Shown: positions 9,832 to 20,311 of the stretch, piece by piece
Numbering within the stretch: position 1 is the first letter of the stretch
Layout of the letters: every line of letters begins with the position of its first letter
Origin: Candidatus Hydrogenedentota bacterium
Lineage (GTDB): Bacteria; Hydrogenedentota; Hydrogenedentia; Hydrogenedentales; SLHB01
Reading direction: 5' to 3'
Assembly: GCA_963745075.1 (NCBI GenBank)
Contig: CAVUWV010000032.1
Location: forward strand, 64,001-128,000
Length of the DNA stretch: 64,000 nucleotides
Notes under the pieces: generated by a model
Told to the model about the DNA's origin: nothing
Database searches by the model: none
The model's input: only the letters and a program-made list of their open reading frames with translations
Position numbers and translations under genes: made by a program

Positions 9832-11079
9832 ATGACTAAATACTGCATTGCCAGCGCGTCGATTCTCATGGGGCTGTACCTGATGTTCAGCGCGGGGATC
9901 TCATTGGCACCGCCGGAGGGCGGGGTGATGTATCCCGTCGTCGACACGGGGCAATGGCAGTTCTACGACGCCAAAGAAGAGATTACGCAGCCCGCACCCG
10001 GCGCACCGTTTGACGGCCAGGACGCGGCGTACCAGGGGCTCGCCCCCGCGTACCGGGACAACGGCGACGGCACGGTCACGGATCTGAACACCGGTTTGAT
10101 GTGGGCGCAATACCCGGGCGAGAAGGTCCCGTGGGAGACCGCGATGGCCGGGACCCGGGAGTTCGACCTGGCAGGATATTCGGACTGGCGGTTGCCGACG
10201 ATCAAGGAACTGTATTCGCTGATTCTGTTTAACGGCACGGATCCCATTCCGGATCCGAATGGTGGCGACCAGTCGCCGATTCCGTTCATTGATACAAATT
10301 ACTTCGCCTTCCGCTACGGCGATCCGTCGCGCAACGAACGCCTTATCGACGCCCAGTACTGGTCGAGCACGCGGTACGTGTCCACAACGATGAAAGGCAA
10401 CCGGACGGCGTTCGGCGTGAACTTTGCCGACGGCCGCATCAAGGGTTATCCGATCGGAGTCATCGGCCCGCCCGGGTTGCAACACACGATGCTCGGGTTC
10501 GCACGGTACGTCCGGGGCAACCGCCAGTATGGACAGAACCGCTTTGTGGACAACGGCGACGGAACCATCTCGGATCTCGCCACGGGACTCATGTGGACGA
10601 AGGCCGACAGCGGGCAGGGAATGAACTGGGAACAGGCCCTGTCGTTCTCGGAAAACCTGGATTCCGCCGGACATACGGACTGGCGTCTTCCAAACGCCAA
10701 GGAACTGCAGAGTATCGTCGACTATGCGCGGTCCCCCGCCACCACCGGCACGGCAGCGAATGATCCCATCTTTGATGTCACTCCGATTGTTGACGAAGCA
10801 GGCAATCAGGATTTCCCCTATTTCTGGACCAGCACCACCCACGCCTCCGTCCTGGGGACTGCGGATTCCGCCGTCTACATCGCCTTCGGCACCGCATACG
10901 GGTACATGCGGATTCCTCCCTGGTCGCCGACCTACGAATTGCTGGACGTGCACGGCGCGGGCGCGCAACGCTCCGATATTAAGGCCGGCGACCCGGCGTC
11001 TCTCCCCGCCGGACGGGGTCCACAAGGCGACGTAATTCGGATCTTTAACTTCGTTCGCTGCGTGCGGGATATCGAGTAG
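9832..11079 (+). CDS. Secreted DUF1566 (Lcl C-terminal-like) repeat protein
   Basis: Two repeats of DNGDGT(V/I)xDLxTGLMW...DWRLP(T/N)xKEL, C-terminal VRCVR, signal peptide. Confidence 0.85.
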   Translation: MTKYCIASASILMGLYLMFSAGISLAPPEGGVMYPVVDTGQWQFYDAKEEITQPAPGAPFDGQDAAYQGLAPAYRDNGDGTVTDLNTGLMWAQYPGEKVPWETAMAGTREFDLAGYSDWRLPTIKELYSLILFNGTDPIPDPNGGDQSPIPFIDTNYFAFRYGDPSRNERLIDAQYWSSTRYVSTTMKGNRTAFGVNFADGRIKGYPIGVIGPPGLQHTMLGFARYVRGNRQYGQNRFVDNGDGTISDLATGLMWTKADSGQGMNWEQALSFSENLDSAGHTDWRLPNAKELQSIVDYARSPATTGTAANDPIFDVTPIVDEAGNQDFPYFWTSTTHASVLGTADSAVYIAFGTAYGYMRIPPWSPTYELLDVHGAGAQRSDIKAGDPASLPAGRGPQGDVIRIFNFVRCVRDIE

Positions 11080-11331
11080 GACATTCCCGAGCAACTTGAC
11101 TTCTTTTGGGTCCGTTCAATCGTATTCGATCTCGTGGTACTCCGAAAATCGCAAAACTCATTCGGGGATCTGGTAGGTTGGGAATGATTCCCGACCAGTC
11201 TCTTCCGGTTGACTTCAGGCTTGGCCGTGGCATAATGCTGACCGAGTTGCTGCATGGCCCGTCCGTAGCGATTCACGTTGCGAAAGACGCCACACGTCAG
11301 CATCAACGCAACCCCAGGAGCACTAATTTTC

Positions 11332-11901
11332 ATGACAAAGTCCCGGCTCGAAGCGTTCAGCGACGGGGTGATCGCCATTCTCATCACGATCATGGTGCTG
11401 GAAATGAAAGTGCCCCACGGTACGGACTGGGGTGCATTGCGGCCGTTGGTCCCCGTCTTACTTGCGTATGTGCTGAGTTTCGCCTATCTCGGAATCTACT
11501 GGAACAACCACCACCACATGCTGCACGCAACCGACCGCATCGGAGGCAATGTGCTGTGGGCCAATCTGCACTTGTTGTTCTGGTTGTCGCTGATCCCATT
11601 TGTAACGGGGTGGATGAGTGAGAACCACTTCCCTAAGGTCCCGGCGATGGCCTATGGGTTCGTGCTGTTAATGGCGGCGATTGCCTATTCAATCCTGCAA
11701 ATGACGATCCTGACCCATCAAGGCGCCAACTCCAAACTACGCGACGCCGTCGGGAAGGATAGGAAGGGAAAAGCGTCGATCGTGCTGTACCTGGCCGCTA
11801 TCGCCGTTGCCCTTGTCAGCCAATGGATTTCGATTTCGATCTATATCCTCGTGGCGTTAATGTGGTTCATTCCAGACCGCCGCATCGAATCGAAGCTGTA
11901 A
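11332..11901 (+). CDS. TMEM175-family potassium channel
   Basis: RLEAFSDGVIAILITIMVLE signature, YWNNHHH, six hydrophobic helices. AGGAG RBS. Confidence 0.92.
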   Translation: MTKSRLEAFSDGVIAILITIMVLEMKVPHGTDWGALRPLVPVLLAYVLSFAYLGIYWNNHHHMLHATDRIGGNVLWANLHLLFWLSLIPFVTGWMSENHFPKVPAMAYGFVLLMAAIAYSILQMTILTHQGANSKLRDAVGKDRKGKASIVLYLAAIAVALVSQWISISIYILVALMWFIPDRRIESKL

Positions 11902-11929
11902 AATCTACGTACAAACGGTCAACAACACT

Positions 11930-13561
11930 CTAATCTCGCGGCATGCGAAGCCCGGCGACAGTAACGCTAAAGCGGTCCGGAGCCGGCAAGTCCATCGAGA
12001 GATCCAATTCCAGGAGCTTGGCAAACGCGGCAACGACCGCGAGGCCAATGCCACTGTGGGACGTGTCCGACCGGGCCGGGTCTTTACGCCAAAACGGTTC
12101 GATGAGGCGCGGAAGATCTGCCGCGTCAAGGTGGACGTTGGTGTTGGTGACGCGCAGCGCGGCCTGCGATTCGTGGACGACGAGTTCCACGGTTACCGTC
12201 CCGTCGCGCGGCGTGTAATGCTCCACGTTGGCCAACAGATTTACGACGATCGCGGAAAGCAGTGTGCGGTCCGTTCTAACCGCGGTCTGGGCCGGCACCA
12301 GGAATTCGGTCCGCAGCCCGTGTTCTCCGGCCTCGGCAGCCAGCGGCCGCCACGCCTCCGCAACGACCGCCGCAAGGTCCACCCGCTCGTGACTCACTTC
12401 ATACTGACCCGACGCGCAACGTGCCAGTGTCAACAAGGCCGCAACGAGATGGTCCATTTGCGTGGCGATGGCGAGGACGTCGCTAAGGTATGCTTCTCGG
12501 TCTTCGTGCCCGTCTTGAATCTCTCCGGATCGCAGCCCGACTTCTGCAAGCGTACGCAACTCGGCGATGGGCGTGCGCAGTTCGTGCGCCACGTCGGACG
12601 TAAATCGCTTTTCCCGGAGGAATGCTGTTTCCAACCGGCCGAGCAGCTCATTGAGGCGCATTGTGATGGGAGTCAATTCATCAGGCAGCCCCTTTGCGGG
12701 GAAGCGGTCTGTCAAATTCCCGGCATCAATAGCGGTGGCTTGATGGGCCAACGCGTTCAAGGGAGCCAGTTCCCGTGCCACGGTCCGCCGGACCACCCAC
12801 GCGGCGCCGCCCACAAGAAGAAAGCCGCTGAGCACCATGCCGACCATGAGGACGCGTAGAGCCTCGTCAAGGTCGCCACGGGACCGTGCCATCGCAATCA
12901 CCAATTCCTCGTTATCGAGTGGTGCCGATTCCCCGGAAACCGACAAGCGGGGCCGAAACCGAAGCGCGACAATACGTCCCGGCCGACCGTCCGGCAGCTC
13001 TGCATTACGAAAGACTGGGGAACCGCCGACAACCTGCGGCGCCGGCAACGTGGCCTCGTCAAGAGAAGGTGACTTCGCCACGACTTCCCGGTCCTCGTCC
13101 CACACTTGGTAATACTCGGACCGGTCCGATCGCTGAAACTCGGGAAGGGCAGCTTCGTGAAAGGCAAACCCGTATTCGTCATTTAGACCCAGATACCCGC
13201 CGGTGCCCGAAACCAGGAATTCGGACTCGACACCTTCGCGCAGGCATTCGACCTTGTAATAGACTCGGCCGTCGCGAATGATTTGTTCGACCTCCGTGAT
13301 CTTTGCGGACCCGGCTTTTTGATCGATCGTGGTTCGGGCCGGGTCCGGCACCGCCGCGAGCGCAACCCGTACACCTTCGATTTCTTCGGACGTACGGTCG
13401 CTCAATACAGCAAAAGCGCGCGCCTTTCCCAGCAGAGATTCATCGAACTGACGGGTCAGCGCGCCCCGCACGCCCACGTACAAGACTGCCCCGCAAATCA
13501 CCGAGATGAGCAGGAGGCCTTTCGCGAGCCCAATGGTCAGTTCCTTACGAATCGATCTCAT
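11930..13561 (-). CDS. Two-component sensor histidine kinase with PepSY-like periplasmic insert
   Basis: Two TM segments, HAMP, FTSDVAHELRTP H-box, NLLAN, GIGLA. ATG overlaps the response-regulator stop (ATGA). Confidence 0.9.
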   Translation of the reverse strand: MRSIRKELTIGLAKGLLLISVICGAVLYVGVRGALTRQFDESLLGKARAFAVLSDRTSEEIEGVRVALAAVPDPARTTIDQKAGSAKITEVEQIIRDGRVYYKVECLREGVESEFLVSGTGGYLGLNDEYGFAFHEAALPEFQRSDRSEYYQVWDEDREVVAKSPSLDEATLPAPQVVGGSPVFRNAELPDGRPGRIVALRFRPRLSVSGESAPLDNEELVIAMARSRGDLDEALRVLMVGMVLSGFLLVGGAAWVVRRTVARELAPLNALAHQATAIDAGNLTDRFPAKGLPDELTPITMRLNELLGRLETAFLREKRFTSDVAHELRTPIAELRTLAEVGLRSGEIQDGHEDREAYLSDVLAIATQMDHLVAALLTLARCASGQYEVSHERVDLAAVVAEAWRPLAAEAGEHGLRTEFLVPAQTAVRTDRTLLSAIVVNLLANVEHYTPRDGTVTVELVVHESQAALRVTNTNVHLDAADLPRLIEPFWRKDPARSDTSHSGIGLAVVAAFAKLLELDLSMDLPAPDRFSVTVAGLRMPRD

Positions 13562-14235
13562 GCTTCCGCCTGGCGCAGCACGTATCCCATCCCCCGCCGG
13601 GTCTGGATGAGGGACGGTTGGTCGGGCCCGTCGATCTTCTTGCGCAGGAGACAAACGGTTGAATCGACCACGTTGCTCATGGGTTCCACGCGTTCGTCAT
13701 AGATACGGTGTTCGATCTCCGCCCGCGTCACCACTTCGCCCCGGCGCAACGCGAGCAGTTCCAGCAGGGCGTATTGGCGAGGTGACAAGTCGACCGGCTG
13801 GCCGTCCCGGGTTACCACGCGCGCAATCGTATCGATGGCTAGATGGCCAACGGCGATCCGCCCGCTCTTTTCGTGGTACTTCCGGCGGACCAACGCCTGC
13901 ACGCGCGCCAGGAGTTCTTCGAACGCAAAGGGTTTGATCAGGTAGTCGTCGGCGCCCTGTGCGAATCCGTGCACCCGGTCGGGAACGGTATCCTTGGCCG
14001 TGAGGATAAGGACATGGGCATCGGACCCGTTGGCGCGCAGATTTTGCAGGACCGTAATGCCGTCCATTTTGGGCAGCATCAGATCCAGCACGATAACGTC
14101 GTAATCATTCTCGGTCGCCAGCCAAAGACCTTCCTCGCCGTCGCCCGCCGTATCCACGGCCCAACCGGACATGCGCAGACCTTTGCCCACGTAGTGTTGC
14201 AGACGTTCAGAATCTTCTACCAATAAAATGCGCAC
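13558..14235 (-). CDS. OmpR/PhoB-family response regulator
   Basis: ILLVED, LDLMLP, GADDYLIKPF, LRKKID, IQTRRGMGY. Confidence 0.95.
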   Translation of the reverse strand: MRILLVEDSERLQHYVGKGLRMSGWAVDTAGDGEEGLWLATENDYDVIVLDLMLPKMDGITVLQNLRANGSDAHVLILTAKDTVPDRVHGFAQGADDYLIKPFAFEELLARVQALVRRKYHEKSGRIAVGHLAIDTIARVVTRDGQPVDLSPRQYALLELLALRRGEVVTRAEIEHRIYDERVEPMSNVVDSTVCLLRKKIDGPDQPSLIQTRRGMGYVLRQAEA

Positions 14236-14333
14236 GCTGTCTGCACCCTATGGTTATCGAAGAAGAATCGGGAGCCCGCACATCAACGCCGGGCCCCCCT
14301 TTAGTCTACCTGAATTAGGTGTCCAATATCGGA

Positions 14334-15053
14334 CTAGTCCTCGTCATCGAGCCGCTGACCATTGGCGAGCATTCGTATTTCGTGCGTGCGGCCCTTCGAT
14401 TTCAGTTCGACTTCGTAAAAGGTCACCGTGACTTGCTGCACCTCATGAACCTCTGCGTTCGGGCCGATTTGAGCCAAACGCTGGACGACACCATCCGGTA
14501 GGCTGGACGTGGCAATCTTCTCTTCCGTCTCGAGGGTGTCACCGGTATCCGAAAGCTTGACCGAATATTCGGTTCCGTTCGTCTCGAATTCGGCTTCATA
14601 GGTGGTGAAACCGTCTTCGACTTCACGAGTTAACTTTTCCGGTACGGTTGCTCCCAACACCGCGGTCAACCCGTCTTGTACGGATTTGGGCAGCTGGTCC
14701 CACGTGACTGCTTGTTCCGCTTGGTCTTCCGCCGCGCCTTCACCGTCATCGTCATCGTCGGCGTCTTCTGCTTCAGGCCCGAGATATTCGCCCGAAGCGG
14801 AAACCTGGAATTCGACCTCCTGGCCGTTCACCTGTTGTTCGATTTCGTACACAACCACGCCTTCCTCGGTTTCACGCTTGATCTTCGCGATGGGTTGTTG
14901 CCCTGCGTGTTGTTCAATGGCGGTCCGTACCGCGGCGGGGAGTTGGTCGATCGAATACACCTGGGCCTCGGCGAGTGCGTTCGAAATTGCGACCGTACCG
15001 AGCGTGCCGAGCGCCAACGCAAATACGATTAACGACCCTATAGTTTTCTTCAT
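14334..15053 (-). CDS. Secreted protein with three PepSY-like repeats
   Basis: Signal peptide MKKTIG... and three LPxxV...YE(I/A/V)E...G repeats. AGGAG RBS. Upstream of the two-component pair. Confidence 0.8.
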   Translation of the reverse strand: MKKTIGSLIVFALALGTLGTVAISNALAEAQVYSIDQLPAAVRTAIEQHAGQQPIAKIKRETEEGVVVYEIEQQVNGQEVEFQVSASGEYLGPEAEDADDDDDGEGAAEDQAEQAVTWDQLPKSVQDGLTAVLGATVPEKLTREVEDGFTTYEAEFETNGTEYSVKLSDTGDTLETEEKIATSSLPDGVVQRLAQIGPNAEVHEVQQVTVTFYEVELKSKGRTHEIRMLANGQRLDDED

Positions 15054-15202
15054 CGGTCTGACTCCTTTGTGAAGTGTGTTGCCCTTCCGCCACATGCGAC
15101 GGAAGAGATAGCCATGGTTCTTCTCCTGCCGCGAGGACCTCGAAGAACGCTGGTAGGACTATGCCACCGGCCACATTACGGGAAGATTACGGGGTGCCGG
15201 AC

Positions 15203-15889
15203 TTATGACGCCGCGTGCAGCACGAGCACCTCGTTGCCGCCCCGCTGGAACTCATAGGGCACCGTGCGAAGGGTTGCTGTAACCTCCTCCGTCGCAAGTC
15301 GTTCCATCAACGGCGCCAAATGGAGTGAGCGCGAGAGGGACAGTGTCAGCAGGGGAAAAACCCGAACTTCCCGTGCCACTCGCCACATTTCCCGTATGGC
15401 GGCTTCGTGAAACGCGAGGGAAAGCTGGTCGGAATAGAGAAACAGGAAATGCGAACACAGAGCGAGGTCGAACTGACCATCCGGGAAGGGCAACTGCGGC
15501 AGTTCACCCGCCACGTAACGGCCGTTTCGGTGGGTGCCAGCATAATCTTCGAGGAATCGTTCAATCGCACGTTCCCGGTTCTTGCGCAACCGTTCCGGCG
15601 TTTGATGGTAGGTCCAGACCCAATCCTCCGGGCTCGCGGCAACTTGCGCGATGATACCGTCGACACAGGCGTCGAATCGTTGCCGAATGGCGCCGGCCGG
15701 GAGCGCATAGAGCGGATCAACCGACGTTACTCGGATTCCTTGCCGCCACGCTTCGGCGTTGAAACTTGCCGGACCATCGCCAACGCCGAGAATGCTGCCG
15801 TTGAGGTCCGCGTCCGAGAGGTCGAACATGCGGCGGTACTCATCCAACGAGCGGCCGAAGGGGACCACGCTGTCCAGCTTCACCGCCAC
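15203..15889 (-). CDS. Class I SAM-dependent methyltransferase
   Basis: ILGVGDGPASFN, LPFPDGQFDLALCSHFLFLY, EVRVFPL. Confidence 0.85.
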   Translation of the reverse strand: MAVKLDSVVPFGRSLDEYRRMFDLSDADLNGSILGVGDGPASFNAEAWRQGIRVTSVDPLYALPAGAIRQRFDACVDGIIAQVAASPEDWVWTYHQTPERLRKNRERAIERFLEDYAGTHRNGRYVAGELPQLPFPDGQFDLALCSHFLFLYSDQLSLAFHEAAIREMWRVAREVRVFPLLTLSLSRSLHLAPLMERLATEEVTATLRTVPYEFQRGGNEVLVLHAAS

Positions 15890-15930
15890 AGGGTGAACTC
15901 CGGGATGGATTCAATAGGCGCGAAGTTCAT

Positions 15931-16350
15931 CTAAAACGTATTCCCCTCCGCAAGCAAGTCGAGTTCTTCTCCACCCGATTCGAAAACGAGGGAAGAGAAG
16001 TTCCAGGTGCCTGCGGACTTGGTCGCATTCAGAAATACGTTGCCGTTTCCTTTCGGTCCCGAAAGGGGAACGATAAGATTAGCCTCTCCCGATGCGCCGC
16101 TAACGTTGATGTCTCCGGTAACCAGATAGCCTTCCTCGATGGGTGTACCCAACGCGGCTTGGACAGCGGGACTGGCCTTGGCCCGCGCCACCGCGTCCTG
16201 ATACACGTCCGACGACTTCATGACGCCGAACACGAGCATCACCAGAATCGCAATGAACCCCACCGCTGCGACGGCCATGCTAAGGCAGCCGACGAGGACC
16301 ACCCAAAACCAATTGCGGCCAAACCAATTCTTGTTGGGTTGTTGTGTCAT
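15931..16350 (-). CDS. Coa1-like single-pass membrane protein (cytochrome oxidase assembly factor 1 family)
   Basis: WFGRNWFW, a TM helix, KSSDVYQDA, ALGTPI, PLSGPKG. Start trimmed to ATG 16350. Confidence 0.7.
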   Translation of the reverse strand: MTQQPNKNWFGRNWFWVVLVGCLSMAVAAVGFIAILVMLVFGVMKSSDVYQDAVARAKASPAVQAALGTPIEEGYLVTGDINVSGASGEANLIVPLSGPKGNGNVFLNATKSAGTWNFSSLVFESGGEELDLLAEGNTF

Positions 16351-16580
16351 GATTTCCCTTTCCCACGCCGGTATAGTACTTCCGCCGGGCCTGTTCCGAA
16401 GACACCTGGTTATAATCGGCCGGCTTCCGGCAACTGCCGGAGGCAAGCCCACACTTCCCAGACTCGTATTTAACACGCGGGGACGGTCCACGGGAAGTTC
16501 GCGTAATTCGCGAATGTCTTTGGCGCGCCGCGTCGGTGTCCGGTATAATCGCCAACTTACACTACCACCTAGAATTACAG

Positions 16581-17759
16581 ATGGGAGACGGCTTGGACGC
16601 GATTTTTGGCAGACGGCTTGCAGCGCCGGCACGGGAACGGCGCGTAGGACCAATTTTCGGCCTGTTGACACGCTACGTCCTTTGGGAAATCGCCGTACCC
16701 GCGATGATGGCTATTGCTGTCATTGGATTTGTCGGCGTAGCGAATGAATTGCGCGAGCGTCGCACTGCTCTGCCGCTGGAATTCATTACCGGCTGGGACA
16801 TCACACGGCTTGTCTTCTATTTCTCTCCCACGTTGATTGCCTACATCATTCCCATCACGCTCATGTTCGGGGTCCTGTTGGCGTTCGGGCGCTTGGCCCA
16901 GAACAACGAAATTACCGCGATGAAAGCTGCCGGCATCCCGTTGAAACGAATGGTCGTACCCGTGATCGGCGTGGGCGTGGTGCTCAGTGGGCTGTCCTTT
17001 GAATTGATGGACCGCGTCCAACCCTGGGCGGCGGCCAAGGCGAATCACCTGCTCTACGTCGAACTACCCGAACGCATCACCCTTGAAGTTCTGCCGCCCG
17101 GAACGGTTCACGAGGTCGGCGATGCACGCGTGTATTTCGGGGGACGCGACAAGGCGACAAAAACATTGACAGATGTGGTCTTCCGCGAGTTTCACAGCGG
17201 GGGCGAATGGGTGTTTTACGCGAAGTCAGCCCGCTTCGTCGACAGTTCCGACGGCGCTAAGCTGGAACTCTACGACGGCCGCATCATCCGGCCGCAAGTG
17301 GGCAATATCGTAGTCCCCATCGTCTTCCCGCATTGGACGGTGTCCGTGCCTGAAGCATTTATTCGCCAGGCGCCCAGCCAGCGGCACACCTTGACCTTGA
17401 ACGAATTGTTCGCCAGGGAGAAGGAGGCCGCACAAGTGCAGAAGAACTCCCCAACGAAATCGAATGCCGAGGATCTGCGCAAAACACGTACGGAGATTGC
17501 CGACCGAATTACCTTGCCCCTGGCATCGCTGGCCGTGTGCTTTCTCGCGGCGCCGTTGGCCGTGCGTTCGCCGCGGTCCGGCCGTTCGTACAGTTTTGCG
17601 CTTGGCGCGGGAATTATCTTCGTCTTCTACATGGCACGCATGCTGCTCGATCCAACGCACCTCGTGACGCTTAACGACGCCATCCTCCGTGGGCTGGCGC
17701 CGAGTCTGTTGCTCATCGCCTTGGGTGCAGTCGCCCTGTGGCGGGTGGACCGGGTATGA
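16581..17759 (+). CDS. lptF: LPS export ABC permease, LptF/LptG family (LptF-like)
   Basis: LTRYVLWEI, FGRLAQNNEITAMKAAGI, 3+3 TM layout. Start uncertain. Confidence 0.8.
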   Translation: MGDGLDAIFGRRLAAPARERRVGPIFGLLTRYVLWEIAVPAMMAIAVIGFVGVANELRERRTALPLEFITGWDITRLVFYFSPTLIAYIIPITLMFGVLLAFGRLAQNNEITAMKAAGIPLKRMVVPVIGVGVVLSGLSFELMDRVQPWAAAKANHLLYVELPERITLEVLPPGTVHEVGDARVYFGGRDKATKTLTDVVFREFHSGGEWVFYAKSARFVDSSDGAKLELYDGRIIRPQVGNIVVPIVFPHWTVSVPEAFIRQAPSQRHTLTLNELFAREKEAAQVQKNSPTKSNAEDLRKTRTEIADRITLPLASLAVCFLAAPLAVRSPRSGRSYSFALGAGIIFVFYMARMLLDPTHLVTLNDAILRGLAPSLLLIALGAVALWRVDRV

Positions 17760-18832
17760 AGACGCTCGACCGCTACCTCCTGCGCCGCATGACCGGTACG
17801 TTGCTCCGATCGTTGTTCGCGCTGCTTTTCATTTACATCTTGATAGACCTGCTGACACACCGGGACATCGCCATTCTCAAATACGACGTTCCCGCGGGCG
17901 TGGTCCTACGGTACTACCTGGCCTTTGCCCCGCAGATCCTGTATCGCGTCGCTCCCTTTGCCGTGTTGATCGCCGGCCTCCTTGTGTTGGGCGACGCCGC
18001 ACAGAACAACGAGGTGACCGCCGTGTTGGCGGGGGGCATCAGCCTGCGGCGCATGGTGTGGATGCCCGTTCTCGTGTGCCTGACTTTCGCCGTGGCGCTG
18101 TTTGCGTTCAATGAAACCGTCGGCGCGGCGGCTGCACGTGAAGCCAACCGGATCGACGAGAATTACTTCTCGCAGAATCCCGAGTTCCAGCGAAAGGGCG
18201 TCAGTTGGGCCAACCTCGGCGGCAAGTGGACCTGCCACATCGACAAGTTTAACCGGCTTGCCCTGACGGGCGAAGGTGTCCTGATACACGCATCGGAAGG
18301 CGATGTCTTCGAACAGATCGAGGCCCGCCGCATCTACTGGGACGAAGCGCGGCGCAAGTGGATCCTGGAAGACGGCCGCTGGTACACGATCACCGGCAAC
18401 GAGTCCGCGCGGGGTAAACGGATTCGCCAGCAACCGGCGCCTTTTGACGAGACGCCGGACGAATTGTTCGCCCTGGACGAACCCGTGGAAACCAAGACCG
18501 CCGGCCAGTTGATGGACGAAATCCTCAGCGCCGAAAAGCGCGCCGTTCCCGCCGGCACGTTGTGGGTCGACTATTACGCCAAATTCTCCCAGCCGGCGTT
18601 AAGTTTCGTGATGATTTGGCTGGCGATTCCTTTTGCGCTGCGGGTGCGACGCGGGGGGCTGGGCATCAGCTTCGGCATCAGCATCGCGATCGCCATCGCA
18701 TATTTGCTGGTTTTTTCCGTCGCCATGAGCCTGGGCCATGCGGATCGGTTGTCGCCTCCCATCGCCGCGTGGCTGGCCAACGCCTTGTTCTTCGTCGTGG
18801 GCGCGTTCCTCTTCTGGCGCACGCCAACGTGA
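17756..18832 (+). CDS. lptG: LPS export ABC permease, LptF/LptG family (LptG-like)
   Basis: MKTLDRYL, NNEVTAVLAGGIS, LSPPIAAWLAN. ATGA-coupled to the lptF-like gene. Confidence 0.82.
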   Translation: MKTLDRYLLRRMTGTLLRSLFALLFIYILIDLLTHRDIAILKYDVPAGVVLRYYLAFAPQILYRVAPFAVLIAGLLVLGDAAQNNEVTAVLAGGISLRRMVWMPVLVCLTFAVALFAFNETVGAAAAREANRIDENYFSQNPEFQRKGVSWANLGGKWTCHIDKFNRLALTGEGVLIHASEGDVFEQIEARRIYWDEARRKWILEDGRWYTITGNESARGKRIRQQPAPFDETPDELFALDEPVETKTAGQLMDEILSAEKRAVPAGTLWVDYYAKFSQPALSFVMIWLAIPFALRVRRGGLGISFGISIAIAIAYLLVFSVAMSLGHADRLSPPIAAWLANALFFVVGAFLFWRTPT

Positions 18833-18854
18833 TGGAAAAAGGGGAGTAAGACGG

Positions 18855-20270
18855 ATGATGACCAGCAGACGACAATTCCTCACTGCCGCAGGAATGGCGG
18901 GCGCTAGGCTCGCCCTCGGAGGTTACGCGCAGACCTCCGCGAAGACCGCCGCGCGGCCCAATATCCTCTTCTTCTTCCCGGACCAGCACCGCTACGACTG
19001 GGTGGGCGCGAACAAAGAAATCGGCGTGCCGATGCCCCATCTCGATGCGCTGGGAGCGCGCGGCGTGCGGTTCGAACGGGCCTACTGCGCATCGCCGCTG
19101 TGCGCACCCTCGCGGGCCTGTCTCGCGCAAGGCGTGGAATACGGCCGGTGCGGGGTCGCGTCAAACAAGGAAAACCTGGGGCTGGACGCGACGACGTTTT
19201 ACGGGTTGCTGCGGGAATCGGGGTATCACGTCGCCGGTTGCGGCAAGATGGATTTGAACAAAGGCGAGCAGAAATGGGGATTGGACGGCACGTACCACAT
19301 TTCCGACTGGGGATTCTCGAGCGGCATCAACAACGCGGGGAAATGGGACGCGATTCGAGCCAGCAAGGAGACCCCCGCCGATCCCTACATGAAATATCTC
19401 TACGACCGCGAACTGGCCGCAGTGCACATTGCTGATTTCCAGCGCCGGCGCGGCGACCCCAACCTCTCGTACAGTTTCACCGAACCGACACCACTTCCCG
19501 AACCGGCGTATTGCGACAACTGGGTCGCACAGAACGGGCTCGATCTGATCGATGCGGCGCCCACCGGCCAACCGTGGTTCCTCCAAGTGAATTTCACGGG
19601 ACCTCACCCGCCGGTGGATATAACGGAACGCATGGACAAGGGATGTCGCGGCGTCACTCATCCGCAACCGAACCGCAATACGGAATTCCCGCCAGTGGTG
19701 CACAACGCCATCCGGCAAAATTACTCCGCCATGGTAACGAATATCGACCGGTGGCTCGGGATGTATGCAGATAAACTCCGTGAACGCGGCGAACTCGACA
19801 ATACGCTCGTCGTGTACAGCAGCGATCACGGCGAAATGCTGGGCGACCACAATCTCTGGGGCAAATCGAAACCGCACGAAGCATCGGCAGGCGTGCCTTT
19901 GGTCGTTGCGGGGCCCGGAGTGCAACGCAATGTGGCGAGCGATGCGCTGGTTTCCATCATGGATCTCGCGGCGACGTTTCTGGAGTGTGGCGGCGCGCCG
20001 GTCCCCGAGAGAATGGACAGCCGGTCGCTCATGCCGTTGTTGCGCGGGACCACGTCGACGCATCGCACCCATCTGCTTACAGGACTCGGGGCTTTCCGCG
20101 TGGCGCGGGACCACCAGTACAAGCTGGTGGCCGGTTATCCCGATGCGGATTCGGTGGCCTTGTACGATCTGCAGGTCGATCCCCTCGAGAATCGGGATAT
20201 CGCGGCGGACAAGCCGGCCGAAGTGAAGCGGTTGCAGGAACTCATCGAGGCAGGGCGCGCGAGGGTCTGA
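18855..20270 (+). CDS. Tat-exported sulfatase (Cys-type)
   Basis: SRRQFL Tat motif, PNILFFFPDQ, CAPSR, SSDHGEMLG. Confidence 0.92.
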   Translation: MMTSRRQFLTAAGMAGARLALGGYAQTSAKTAARPNILFFFPDQHRYDWVGANKEIGVPMPHLDALGARGVRFERAYCASPLCAPSRACLAQGVEYGRCGVASNKENLGLDATTFYGLLRESGYHVAGCGKMDLNKGEQKWGLDGTYHISDWGFSSGINNAGKWDAIRASKETPADPYMKYLYDRELAAVHIADFQRRRGDPNLSYSFTEPTPLPEPAYCDNWVAQNGLDLIDAAPTGQPWFLQVNFTGPHPPVDITERMDKGCRGVTHPQPNRNTEFPPVVHNAIRQNYSAMVTNIDRWLGMYADKLRERGELDNTLVVYSSDHGEMLGDHNLWGKSKPHEASAGVPLVVAGPGVQRNVASDALVSIMDLAATFLECGGAPVPERMDSRSLMPLLRGTTSTHRTHLLTGLGAFRVARDHQYKLVAGYPDADSVALYDLQVDPLENRDIAADKPAEVKRLQELIEAGRARV

Positions 20271-20311
20271 GACCCACACGGGCGGGCCCGGGAGATCCGC
20301 AGGGACCGATA

